A DNA stretch of 44,436 nt from Gemmatimonadales bacterium (GCA_017881505.1 JADGQW010000002.1:1-44436), one strand, 5' to 3'. Numbered from the stretch's first letter, positions 35,154-44,436 are shown. Notes: a model not told the origin generated them from the letters alone. Made by a program: numbers and translations.

Positions 35154-37379
35154 GTGGCAGAGCACACTTTTCCCGATGAGTGGCTGGTCGCGACCGTCTC
35201 GCTGATACTGGGCGGGGACGTGGTCGGGCGGCTGCGCCAGTCCGCGCAGCCGACCACGACGTTGTGGGACCTCGTCACGCAGGGCGGCCTCGCCACGGAG
35301 GAGCAGCTGCTGGCCGCGATGTCCGGCCGCTCCCGGGTCAAGCTCGCCGACCTCTCCAAGCCCGACCCCCGCGTCAAGGAAGTCATCCCCGAGGCGATCG
35401 CCCGGCGCTACCACGTCCTGCCGCTCCGCGTCACGGACTCGTACGTCGAGGTCGCGACGGCGAATCCGTACGACATGGACATGGAGAAGGGGATCGCCTT
35501 CGCGTCGGGCCGCGAGGTGCGGATGGCGCTCGCCGCGCCGGCGAAGATCGCGGCGCTGACCGACGAGGTGTACCGCCCCGAGAACGTGATCGACAAGCTC
35601 CTCGAGGGGATGCACTCGGCGACCGACGTCGAGCACATGGAGGACGAGAACCCGGCCGACGAGATCCAGGTCAGCGCGGAGGAGGCATCCCAGCGTCCCG
35701 TCGTGCGGCTGGTGGACCTGATCCTCTCCGAAGGCATCCTCTCCCGGGCGAGCGACATCCACATCGAGCCGGAAGAGGGCGGCTTCGCCGTCCGCTACCG
35801 CATCGACGGCGTGCTGCGGCAGGTGATGAAGGTGCCGCGCGCCGCCGGGTTCCCCCTCGTCTCGCGCATCAAGATCATCTCGAGCCTGGACATCGCCGAC
35901 CGGCTCCGGCCGCAGGACGGCCGCGCGCGGGTGGCGGTGAACGGCGTCCCCGTGGATCTGCGCGTGTCCACGCTGCCGGCGTCCCTGGGCGAGAAGGTCG
36001 TGATCCGCATCCTCGACTCGCGGGCCACGGTCCTCTCCCTCGACGCGCTGGGCCTGAACCAGGACGAGCTCGACGGCATCCGGAACCTGCTGACCCACCA
36101 CGAGGGCGTGGTCCTGGTGACGGGGCCGACGGGGAGCGGCAAGACCACCACCCTCTACTCGGCGCTCCGCGGCATCCAGACGGGGAAGACCAACATCGTC
36201 ACCGTCGAGGACCCGGTGGAGTACCGCCTCCAGGGGATCGTGCAGGTGCAGGTCCACGAGAAGGCGGGACTCACCTTCGCCAGCGCCCTCCGGTCCATCC
36301 TGCGGCAGGACCCCGACGTGGTGCTGGTCGGCGAGATCCGCGACAAGGAGACGGCGAACATCGCCATCCAGGCCTCCCTCACCGGGCACCTGGTCCTCTC
36401 GACGCTGCACACCAACGACGCCGCCAACGCCGTGACGCGCCTGGTGGACATCGGCATCGAGGCGTACAAGATCGCGGCGTCGCTCCGCGGCGTCGTGGCG
36501 CAGCGGCTGATGCGGAAGCTCTGCCCGCAGTGCAAGGAGGTGTGGGTCGAGTCCATCCCGGAGAAGCTCGCCCCCTGGTTGTCGAGCGGGACGCCGCTGT
36601 ACCGCGCCGTGGGCTGCACGGAGTGCGCGATGACGGGCTACCGCGGCCGCTTCTCGATCGTGGAGGTGCTGACGGTCACGCCGGAGGTCGAGCGGGCCAT
36701 CAGCTCGGGCGCGACGGCGGACAAGATCGCCGAGGCGGGGCGGAACGCGGGGATGCGGGGCCTCTGGGAGAGCGGGGTCGCGCACATCCTGCGCGGCGAG
36801 TCGTCCATCGAGGAGCTGATGCGGGTCGTGGACGTCCCCTTCGACGAGGAGGCGGCCGGCGCGGCGACTGCCGCCGCGGCTGCTGCCGCCGCGGAGGCGA
36901 CTGCGGCCGCCGCGGCGCCCGAGCGCGCGCCCCGCTCGCCCATGGACACCTTCGAACTGCTCGACAACCTCGACGGCAAGCCGAACGTCGCGCGGCTCAA
37001 CCGCAAGGTGCTGCTCGTAGATGACGAGGACGCGCTCCGCCGCGTGATGAAGGACCTGCTGGAGCGCGAGGGCTACATCGTCTCGGAGGCGCGGGACGGC
37101 GTCCAGGCCCTCGACCAGGTGGACAAGGTCGGCCCCGACGTCATCGTGCTCGACCTCAACCTGCCGGGGCTCGACGGCTACGGCGTCCTCTCCCACCTCC
37201 GCTCGCGCCCCGCGACCGCCAACATCCCCGTGGTGGTGCTGACCGCCAAGAGCGATGAGGACAACGAGGTGCGTGTCTTCCAGCTCGGCGCCGACGACTT
37301 CCTGACCAAGCCGTTCCGCGCCCGTGCCCTCTCGGCGCGGCTCGACGCAGTCCTGGGGCGCCGCCACTTCCCTGAGTGA
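35154..37379 (+). CDS. GspE/PilB-family secretion/pilus ATPase fused to a C-terminal response-regulator receiver domain
   Basis: The parts are as follows:
- T2SSE_N-like N-domain.
- Walker A GPTGSGKTT at about 36123-36146.
- Walker B VLVGEIRD.
- His box LSTLHTND.
- Cysteine pairs CPQC...CTEC.
- Ala-rich linker at about 36852-36917.
- Receiver domain at about 37005-37358, with LLVDDED, VLDLNLPGLDG, VLTAKS and TKPF. Confidence 0.9.
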   Translation: MAEHTFPDEWLVATVSLILGGDVVGRLRQSAQPTTTLWDLVTQGGLATEEQLLAAMSGRSRVKLADLSKPDPRVKEVIPEAIARRYHVLPLRVTDSYVEVATANPYDMDMEKGIAFASGREVRMALAAPAKIAALTDEVYRPENVIDKLLEGMHSATDVEHMEDENPADEIQVSAEEASQRPVVRLVDLILSEGILSRASDIHIEPEEGGFAVRYRIDGVLRQVMKVPRAAGFPLVSRIKIISSLDIADRLRPQDGRARVAVNGVPVDLRVSTLPASLGEKVVIRILDSRATVLSLDALGLNQDELDGIRNLLTHHEGVVLVTGPTGSGKTTTLYSALRGIQTGKTNIVTVEDPVEYRLQGIVQVQVHEKAGLTFASALRSILRQDPDVVLVGEIRDKETANIAIQASLTGHLVLSTLHTNDAANAVTRLVDIGIEAYKIAASLRGVVAQRLMRKLCPQCKEVWVESIPEKLAPWLSSGTPLYRAVGCTECAMTGYRGRFSIVEVLTVTPEVERAISSGATADKIAEAGRNAGMRGLWESGVAHILRGESSIEELMRVVDVPFDEEAAGAATAAAAAAAAEATAAAAAPERAPRSPMDTFELLDNLDGKPNVARLNRKVLLVDDEDALRRVMKDLLEREGYIVSEARDGVQALDQVDKVGPDVIVLDLNLPGLDGYGVLSHLRSRPATANIPVVVLTAKSDEDNEVRVFQLGADDFLTKPFRARALSARLDAVLGRRHFPE

Positions 37380-37851
37380 TCCGCTGACCGACATCAGCGT
37401 CGCCGTCGTGGACGTCTACGTCCTCCGGCCCGCCGCCGGCGGGTGGGAGGCGCTCTGCCTCCGTCGGGCCCCCGACGAGCGTTCGGCGGGGACGTGGGAA
37501 ACGGTCCACGGGCACATCCAGGAGGGGGAGTCGCCGGTCGAGGCCGCGATACGCGAGCTCGCGGAGGAGACGGGCCTCGCGGCCGGGCGCCTCTACAACG
37601 TGAGCCGCGTCGAGAGCTTCTACCTGCACCGCACCGACGAGGTCGTGCTCATCCCCGTCTTCTGTGCGCTCGTCCCGGCCGGGGCGGAGGTCCGCCTCTC
37701 GGAGGAGCACGACGCCTGGGAGTGGCTCCCGGCGCCACGGGCCCCGGAGCGGTTCGCGTGGCCGCGTGAGGGTCGCGCCCTCGCGGACGCGCTCGCGCTC
37801 GTGGGCCGCGGCGACGCCGGCGGCCTCGAGGACGTGCTGCGCGTGCGGTAG
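37324..37851 (+). CDS. NUDIX hydrolase
   Basis: The Nudix box is GHIQEGESPVEAAIRELAEETGL. The start is uncertain. GTG 37324 would overlap the GspE-receiver gene by 56 nt, and the alternatives are CTG 37372 or 37384 and GTG 37408. Confidence 0.8.
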   Translation: MPSRRGSTQSWGAATSLSDPLTDISVAVVDVYVLRPAAGGWEALCLRRAPDERSAGTWETVHGHIQEGESPVEAAIRELAEETGLAAGRLYNVSRVESFYLHRTDEVVLIPVFCALVPAGAEVRLSEEHDAWEWLPAPRAPERFAWPREGRALADALALVGRGDAGGLEDVLRVR

Positions 37852-37857
37852 AGGGCG

Positions 37858-39909
37858 CTACGCCTGGCCGCTGCCGGACCAGACCGCCGCGGCGGTTTCG
37901 CGCAGGTCACGGAGATTGAACGGTTTGTGGAGGATGCGGGCGGCCGGGTTCGGGCCGCCCGGCGCCGTTGCGGGCTGGACGTCGGCGGTCGAGACGATCA
38001 CGCGCGCCCGCCAGCCCGGCCGCACGGCTTCGAGCGCCTGCAGGAAGGGCGTGCCCCTCGCGGCGGCGCGGCGGTCGGCGATGACGAGGTCGTACTCGCC
38101 CGCGCACGCCAGGCCGAGGGCCGCGTCCCCGTCCGTGGCGGTGTCCACGGCGTGCCCTTCGCGCGTGAACAACGCGGTCACGAGCCGCCGCACGCCCGGA
38201 TCGTCGTCCACCAGGAGGATGCGCCGCGGCACGGTCGCCGGCGCGGGAGAGCGCCCCTCCTCCCCTCCCGGGGCGGGAATCTCCCCCTCGCCCTCGCGGG
38301 GCAGGGAAAGGGTGAACGTGGCGCCGACGCCGGGGCGCGACTCCACCGTCAGGGTGCCGCCGTGCCCTTCAACGAGCCCGTAGGAGATGAACAGCCCGAG
38401 GCCGGTCCCTTCCCCCTGCGGCTTCGTCGTGAAGAAGGGGCTGAAGACCTGCGGCAGCACGTCCGCCGGGATGCCCAGGCCCGAGTCCGCCACCCGGACC
38501 ACCACCCGCTGCCCCGCCGGCTCGACGCTCACGGTGATCCGCCGGGGGAGCCCGGCTGGGAGCGCCGCCACCGCCTGCGCCGCATTGGTCACCAGATTGA
38601 GCACGACCTGCTGCAGCTGTTGCCGGTCCCCCATCACCGCTGGGAGGTCCCGCGCCACGTGCCGTTCCAGGGCGATCCCCTGCAGCTTCATCTCCCAATC
38701 CATCAGGAAGAGGGTCCGCTCGACCACGTCTCCCAGGTCGAGGCGCTGCCGTTCCGAGGGGCCCTTCCGCGCGAAGGTGAGGAGGTTCCGTACGATGCTC
38801 CCCGCGCGCTGCGCCTCCTCGGCGATGACGCGGAGGTGGTCGCGGTCGGGGACCGTGCCCAGGGGTTGCTCGAGGAGGAACTCGGCCAGACCGGCGATCG
38901 AGGTGAGGGGGTTGTTGAGCTCGTGGGCGACCCCCGAGACGAGCGTGCCCACCGCGGCCATCTTCTCGCTCTGGATGGCCTGCGCCTCGATGGCCTGCTG
39001 CTCGGTCACGTCCTCCACCGTCACAATCACCGATCCGACGCCCGCGTGCGGGGCAAGGGGGGCGGCCACCACCCGCAGGACACGATGCAGCAGCTCGGAG
39101 CGTCGGACGAGGGGCGGGGTCCGGACGCCGTCGCGCGCGGCCCCGAGCATGTCGGCGAGGCTGTGCGGTTCGCCGAAGAGCGCCTCGCTCGCGCCGCGGC
39201 CCATGAGCGCCTGAAGCCGGACGCCGGCCAGCTGGGCGAAGCCCGCGTTGGCTCGGAGGATGCGGTCGCGGGCGTCCACGAGGGCGATGCCTTCCGAGAG
39301 GGCGTCGAACGTCGCCTCCCATTGGCGCTTGCCCCGCTCCACCATCTCGAAGAACCGGGCGTTCGTCAGCGCCACCGCGGTGTGGGTGGCGATCGCGGCG
39401 AGGAGGCGGCCGTCGTCCTCGTCGAAGGCGCCCTGGCGCTTGTCCGCCACCACCAGTGCGCCCGCCGTGATGCCGTGCGCGAGGAGGGGCGCCGCCGCCG
39501 CCGAGCGGGCCCGCACGTCGCCGCACACCAGGACGCCGTCCGTCCCGTCGCCGGCGGAGAGGCGGACCTCCTCATGGGCCACCGCGTCGAGTACCAGGCC
39601 GCCGGCGTCGCTCTCCAGCCGCTTCCCCGCGCACGGCGCGAGGGTCCCGTCGGCGGCCGCGGCCACGAAGCCCTGCTGGTCGTCGGTGGAGAGGAGGACG
39701 GCGGCGCCCGCGGCGTCGAGGATCCGCCGCGCGAACCCGGTGACGCCCGCGGCCACGCGATCGACCTCGAGCGAGGCGGAGAGGATGCGGGTCAAGTCCT
39801 CGAGGGCGCGCGATTCCGCGTTGCGGCGGGCGAGCTCGGAGGAGAGGCGGCCGCCGGACCCCGGCACGGCGCCGGCGAGACGGGCGAGGAGGCGGCGGAA
39901 CAGGCTCAC
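37858..39909 (-). CDS. hybrid sensor histidine kinase (GAF-PAS-HisKA-HATPase-receiver)
   Basis: The H-box is VAHELNNPLTSI, the N-box is LVTNAAQA, G1 is DSGLGI and G2 is GTGLGL. The C-terminal receiver reads ILLVDDDPG...DLVIADRR...KPF. Confidence 0.9.
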   Translation of the reverse strand: MSLFRRLLARLAGAVPGSGGRLSSELARRNAESRALEDLTRILSASLEVDRVAAGVTGFARRILDAAGAAVLLSTDDQQGFVAAAADGTLAPCAGKRLESDAGGLVLDAVAHEEVRLSAGDGTDGVLVCGDVRARSAAAAPLLAHGITAGALVVADKRQGAFDEDDGRLLAAIATHTAVALTNARFFEMVERGKRQWEATFDALSEGIALVDARDRILRANAGFAQLAGVRLQALMGRGASEALFGEPHSLADMLGAARDGVRTPPLVRRSELLHRVLRVVAAPLAPHAGVGSVIVTVEDVTEQQAIEAQAIQSEKMAAVGTLVSGVAHELNNPLTSIAGLAEFLLEQPLGTVPDRDHLRVIAEEAQRAGSIVRNLLTFARKGPSERQRLDLGDVVERTLFLMDWEMKLQGIALERHVARDLPAVMGDRQQLQQVVLNLVTNAAQAVAALPAGLPRRITVSVEPAGQRVVVRVADSGLGIPADVLPQVFSPFFTTKPQGEGTGLGLFISYGLVEGHGGTLTVESRPGVGATFTLSLPREGEGEIPAPGGEEGRSPAPATVPRRILLVDDDPGVRRLVTALFTREGHAVDTATDGDAALGLACAGEYDLVIADRRAAARGTPFLQALEAVRPGWRARVIVSTADVQPATAPGGPNPAARILHKPFNLRDLRETAAAVWSGSGQA

Positions 39910-39917
39910 GCCGACCC

Positions 39918-40514
39918 TCAGGGCTGCCGTGCCGCCGCCCGCCCCAGCACGCGGGAGCGCTCGGCGTCGAGCGTCCGCAGATTCGTCTCCCAGGCGTCGG
40001 AGCGGAGATCGCCGTAGAGGACCGAGAAGGGCTGGAGGATCTGCAGGTCCGACGGGAAGAGGTAGATGGCCACCGCCTGCTCCCGCTGGCCGAGGGTGCC
40101 CTCGCTCCAGCGCGGCGTGAGCGGCACGATGCCCAGGGGACGGAGGAAGGAGTTCTGGCTCGAGAGATAGAGCTGGTCGGGCTCGAAGCGCGTCTCGGGC
40201 TGCAGGCCGAAGAAGGTGACCACGAACGCGCTTGCGCTGTCGCTCATGGCGTTGCGGGCGGCGGCCGCCATGTCGGTCGCGCGGGTGCGCTTCAGCTCCC
40301 GGAGCGACGCGTAGGTGTCGGGGGCGAGGAGCCGGATGACGCGCTCGTCGAGCGGGAGGACGCGCACCGTCAGGTTCCCGGTGCTGAGGGTGATCGCGAC
40401 CTGGTCCTGCCGCAGGGAGCCGAAACCGGCCGGTGGCAGCTCCTGCGCCGCGAGCGCGCCGGCGGCCGAGAGCAGGAAGGCCGCGCTAAGCGAGAAACGC
40501 CAGGACGCTGTCAC
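39918..40514 (-). CDS. hypothetical secreted protein
   Basis: 198 aa. The start is GTG. The signal peptide is TASWRFSLSAAFLLSAAGALAAQE. I recognised no domain. It overlaps the 3' end of engB by 29 nt and ends 8 nt before the kinase start. Confidence 0.5.
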   Translation of the reverse strand: MTASWRFSLSAAFLLSAAGALAAQELPPAGFGSLRQDQVAITLSTGNLTVRVLPLDERVIRLLAPDTYASLRELKRTRATDMAAAARNAMSDSASAFVVTFFGLQPETRFEPDQLYLSSQNSFLRPLGIVPLTPRWSEGTLGQREQAVAIYLFPSDLQILQPFSVLYGDLRSDAWETNLRTLDAERSRVLGRAAARQP

Positions 40515-41100
40515 GGAGTTCCTCCATCCCCTCGAGGGTGCGGGCGCTGGTCACGAGGCAGGCGTCCTCCTCGAGGCCGAGGGCGAGCGCCACGGCACGC
40601 AGGCGCGACGGGCGGAGGGCCCGCGGGACCTGGTCCGCCTTGGTCAGGACCGCCAGCGCCGGGATGCCGCGGGCCGCCAGCACCTCGCCGATCTCGGCGT
40701 CGTCGGGCGACGGGTCGCGCCGCAGGTCGAGGAGCCAGAGCACCGCGGCCAGCTGCGGCCGGCCCGAGAGATACCCCTCCACCAGCTTCCGGTACCCCGC
40801 CCGGTCGCCGCGGCTCGCCTGCGCCCAGCCGTATCCCGGCACGTCCACGAGGTACAGGTGCTCCCCCCACGTGAAGACGTTGAGGGCTCGCGTCTTCCCG
40901 GGGGTCCGGCTGGTGCGGGCCAGCGCGCGCCGCCCCACCAGGCGATTGAGGAGCGTGGACTTCCCGACGTTCGAGCGGCCGACGAGCGCGATCTCGGGGC
41001 GGACCGGCCCCGGCACCGGGGCATCGGGCCGTACCAGCGAGGTGACGTAGGCACTCAGCAAAAGCCCCCTCGCCGGGGAGGGGGCCTCTTCGGCGGTCAC
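40486..41100 (-). CDS. engB: ribosome-biogenesis GTPase YihA/YsxC
   Basis: The G1 motif is GRSNVGKSTLLN. DVPGYG and TKADQ are also present. The GTG start lies directly adjacent to the clpX stop with a 0-nt gap. Confidence 0.9.
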   Translation of the reverse strand: MTAEEAPSPARGLLLSAYVTSLVRPDAPVPGPVRPEIALVGRSNVGKSTLLNRLVGRRALARTSRTPGKTRALNVFTWGEHLYLVDVPGYGWAQASRGDRAGYRKLVEGYLSGRPQLAAVLWLLDLRRDPSPDDAEIGEVLAARGIPALAVLTKADQVPRALRPSRLRAVALALGLEEDACLVTSARTLEGMEELRDSVLAFLA

Positions 41101-42351
<1,251 letters not shown>

Positions 42352-42384
42352 CGGCCTCGGTCTCGTCCGAAGGGGGACAAGTCC

Positions 42385-42413
42385 AATATCCGGCGCGGCT
42401 TACGACGAGTCAA
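42385..42413 (-). promoter_or_regulatory. sigma70-like promoter candidate TTGACT-N17-GATATT upstream of clpX
   Basis: Read on the minus strand, TTGACT spans 42413-42408 and contains the clpP TGA stop. GATATT spans 42390-42385. The clpX ATG at 42351 is 33 nt downstream, with GAGG 3 nt before the ATG. Confidence 0.45.
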
Positions 42414-43042
42414 GCGGTCTTCCCCACGACGGCCGCGTCGAGCTCGGTCCGGTTGGCGATCACGTGGTCCACCAGGCCGTACGCCTTCGCCTCCTCCGCC
42501 GACATGAACCGGTCGCGGTCCATGTCCTTCTCGATCTGCTCGAGGGGCTGCTGGGTGTGCTTGGCGTACAGCTCGTTGAGCTTGCCGCGGAGGTAGAGGA
42601 TCTCCCGGGCCTGGATCTCGATGTCGGCCGCGGTGCCCTGGGTGCCGCCGGAGGGCTGGTGCATCATGATCCGGGCGTGGGGGAGCGCGCTCCGCTTCCC
42701 GGCCCGGCCGGCCGCGAGGAGGAACGAGCCCATCGAGGCCGCCATGCCCATGCAGATGGTGTTCACCGGCGCGCGCAGGAACTGCATCGTGTCGTAGATG
42801 GCCATCCCGGCCGACACGATGCCCCCCGGCGAGTTGATGTAGAGGTAGATGTCCTTCTCGGGGTTGTCAGCCTCAAGGAAGAGCAGCTGGGCGATGATGA
42901 TGTTGGACACATCGTCGTTGATCGGCACGCCGAGGAAGACGATCCGGTCCATGAGGAGGCGCGAGAAGATGTCGTAGGTCCGCTCGCCGCGGCTCGACCG
43001 TTCGATGATGTACGGCGGATACAGTGTGGACATGGGTTCCAT
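42410..43042 (-). CDS. clpP: ATP-dependent Clp protease proteolytic subunit ClpP
   Basis: Motifs are the catalytic Ser in GMAASMGS, the His in MMHQPSGG, and [11 protein letters not shown]. Start candidates are ATG 43042 (MEPMSTLY) and 43033. A GGAGG lies 17 nt upstream of 43042. Confidence 0.95.
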
Positions 43043-43064
43043 GGGCTGACGGTCCAGGCCCCTC

Positions 43065-44330
43065 CTAGTGGTGGGCTGCGGGCGCATCCTCGACCTCGCT
43101 CAGCGCGAGGAGGTGCGCGAAGACCTTCTCCTCCGTGATGGAGCGCTCCAGCTCCCGCAGGCGCCCCGCCTTCTCCAGCGCGGCGTACACCGTCGCCGGC
43201 TTCTCGCTGCGGCGCGCGGCCAGCTCGGCGATCCGCGCGTCGAGCTCCTGCTCGGTGCAGGCCAGCTTCTCCTTCTCGGCGACGGCGTCGAGGATCAGGT
43301 CGCGACGGACCGACGCCTCGACCACCGGGGTCATCTCGTTCACGAACGGCTGGAGCTGGGCTTCGGGGACGCCATACGCCTTGGCGTAGGCGAGCACCGC
43401 CCGGTCGCGGAGCGACGGGGGGACGGACACGTTGTTCGCCGCCGCGAGCTGCTCCACCAGCTGCGAGCGCACCTCGGCGTCGGACTCGCGGCGGCCCGAC
43501 TCCTCGAGGTCCTGCCGGACGGCCTGCCGCAGGTCCGCCACCGCCTCGAAGGGCCCCGCCTCCCGCGCGAAGTCGTCGGTGAGCTCGGGGATCTCCTGCC
43601 GCTTCACCTCGTGGAGGGTCACCCGGACCCGGCGCGAGTGCCCCCGCCGCGCGACGTCGGGATGGTCGTCGGGGAAGCGGATGCTCCCCTCCCACGACCC
43701 GCCCGCGTCGAGCGCCATGAGCTGCTCCTCGAGGTCGGGGAGGCCGCGTCCCTGTCCGAGGACGAACCGCACCGGCTCCTGCGCCTCGGCCGCGGCCTCG
43801 TCCAGGTTCACGATGGTCGCCTCGACGAGGTCCCCCGGCTTGGCCCGTTCCGTCGCGGGGAGCCACGGCGCCTTCTGCTCGCGGAGCTGGAGGAGCTGCG
43901 CCTCGACCATCTCGTCCGTCACCCGGTGCACGTGGCGGCCCAGGCGGAAGCCGCCGAGGCGCTCGAGCGCGAGCTCGGGCTTCACGTCCACCAGGAGCTC
44001 GAAGGTGAGGGGCGCCCCGTCCACGAAGCTGAGGTTGCGGACCTGGGGGTCCCCGATCGGCTTCAGCGACTCCTGGTCCTTCGCCTTCAGCCACGTCTCG
44101 CGGACCAGGTCCTCGAGCGCGGTCTGGCGGATGGCGTCGGCGAAGCGCTTCCGCACGACGTCGCGCGGCACCTTCCCCTTTCGGAACCCCGGCAGGCGGG
44201 CCTGGCGGGCGAAATGGGAGGTGGCGTCGTCCTCGGCGCGGCGGACCTTCTCCGGCGGCACGGTGACGGAGAACGTCCGGCTGGCCGCATCCTTCGCGGC
44301 GACGGTGATGGCGATGTCAGGCACGGTCAT
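43065..44330 (-). CDS. tig: trigger factor
   Basis: The ribosome-binding signature is [14 protein letters not shown]. The protein is 421 aa and occupies the classic tig-clpP-clpX position. Confidence 0.92.
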
Positions 44331-44332
44331 AG

Positions 44333-44413
44333 TGCGAAAGGGGGGATTCGAACCCCCACGGGTTGCCCCACGGGCTCCTAAGGCCCGCGCGTCTGCCGTT
44401 CCGCCACTTTCGC
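44333..44413 (-). tRNA. tRNA-Leu (anticodon UAG), class II with long variable arm; CCA not encoded
   Basis: I folded the reverse complement by hand:
- Acceptor GCGAAAG/CTTTCGC, a perfect 7 bp.
- D-arm GCG-GAACGGCAGA-CGC.
- Anticodon stem CGGGC/GCCCG with loop CTTAGGA, giving U33, anticodon TAG and G37.
- A 13-nt variable arm.
- T-arm GGGGG-TTCGAAT-CCCCC.
- Discriminator A at 44333.

The fold is close in layout to E. coli tRNA-Leu. Confidence 0.85.
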
Positions 44414-44436
44414 GCAGGCGGGAAAGATAACCCGGC

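Noticed and set aside
36852-36917. A GCN-rich repetitive stretch (gcc gcg gct gct gcc gcc gcg ...) that looks like a tandem repeat.
   Set aside because: It is in frame inside the GspE-receiver ORF and encodes a poly-Ala/Thr linker. It has no spacer-repeat periodicity, so it is not a CRISPR array or a minisatellite.
31561-37394. Very long minus-strand ORFs (31561-35106, 1181 aa; 34623-37394, 923 aa) that could be mistaken for giant genes.
   Set aside because: They lie antisense to, or out of frame with, the cyclase, the outer-membrane protein and the GspE-receiver genes. Their composition is low-complexity Arg/Pro/Gly/Ala. Stop codons are simply rare in off-frames at this GC content. The same reasoning applies to 8438-10255(-), 8509-10593(+), 13661-15172(-), 15190-16845(-), 16897-18630(-), 25228-27000(-), 40511-42253(-) and 42763-44094(-).
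44333-44436. tRNA-Leu as an integration site for a genomic island or prophage.
   Set aside because: No integrase gene is present, there is no direct repeat of the tRNA 3' half, and no compositional break is visible. The downstream genes are core housekeeping (tig-clpP-clpX), and the window ends 23 nt upstream of the tRNA.

Overview
This is 44.4 kb of very GC-rich chromosomal DNA (above roughly 70% GC by eye, with G/C-dominated third codon positions). It comes from a diderm bacterium, judged from GT9 heptosyltransferases, a Kdo/WaaP-family kinase and an Omp85-like protein. The phylum cannot be proven from the sequence alone. I call 44 protein-coding genes, one speculative small ORF and one tRNA-Leu(UAG). 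Packing is extreme: there are twelve 4-nt start/stop overlaps (ATGA/GTGA), roughly 45% of starts are GTG, convergent genes share stop codons, and I found only one clean intrinsic terminator. Most of the content is housekeeping: guaB, an APC permease, an NrnA-like DHH phosphoesterase, Nfu plus Mrp/ApbC Fe-S carriers, a MATE pump, a DUF62 SAM hydrolase, a UbiE-UbiD-UbiA-UbiX quinone cluster, mutM, purD, an M48 peptidase, a Cys/Met PLP enzyme, a GlmM-like mutase plus glmS, dtd, maf, and tRNA-Leu-tig-clpP-clpX-engB. I saw no CRISPR array, transposase, integrase, phage gene or recognisable defence or toxin-antitoxin genes. The most unusual content is a signalling and envelope block at about 28.3-40.5 kb. 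It holds an FHA-GAF-class III cyclase tightly linked (1-nt gap, TTG start) to an LPS-kinase-like gene and two tandem GT9 paralogues. It also holds a 689-aa Omp85-like orphan, a GspE/PilB-type ATPase fused in cis to a complete receiver domain with no GspF/PilC partner nearby, a NUDIX hydrolase and a GAF-PAS hybrid histidine kinase. Other points worth a second look are listed here:
- A tRNA-Leu whose 3' end lies 2 nt from the tig start codon.
- Several promoter-like -35/-10 pairs that abut start codons, implying leaderless mRNAs.
- A back-to-back promoter between the ECF sigma gene and ubiE/menG.
- An ECF sigma / anti-sigma / bactofilin-repeat membrane protein / toastrack operon.
- A doubly coupled Pro/His-rich mini-ORF inside the quinone operon.

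All product calls come from motif recognition by eye. No database search was run.
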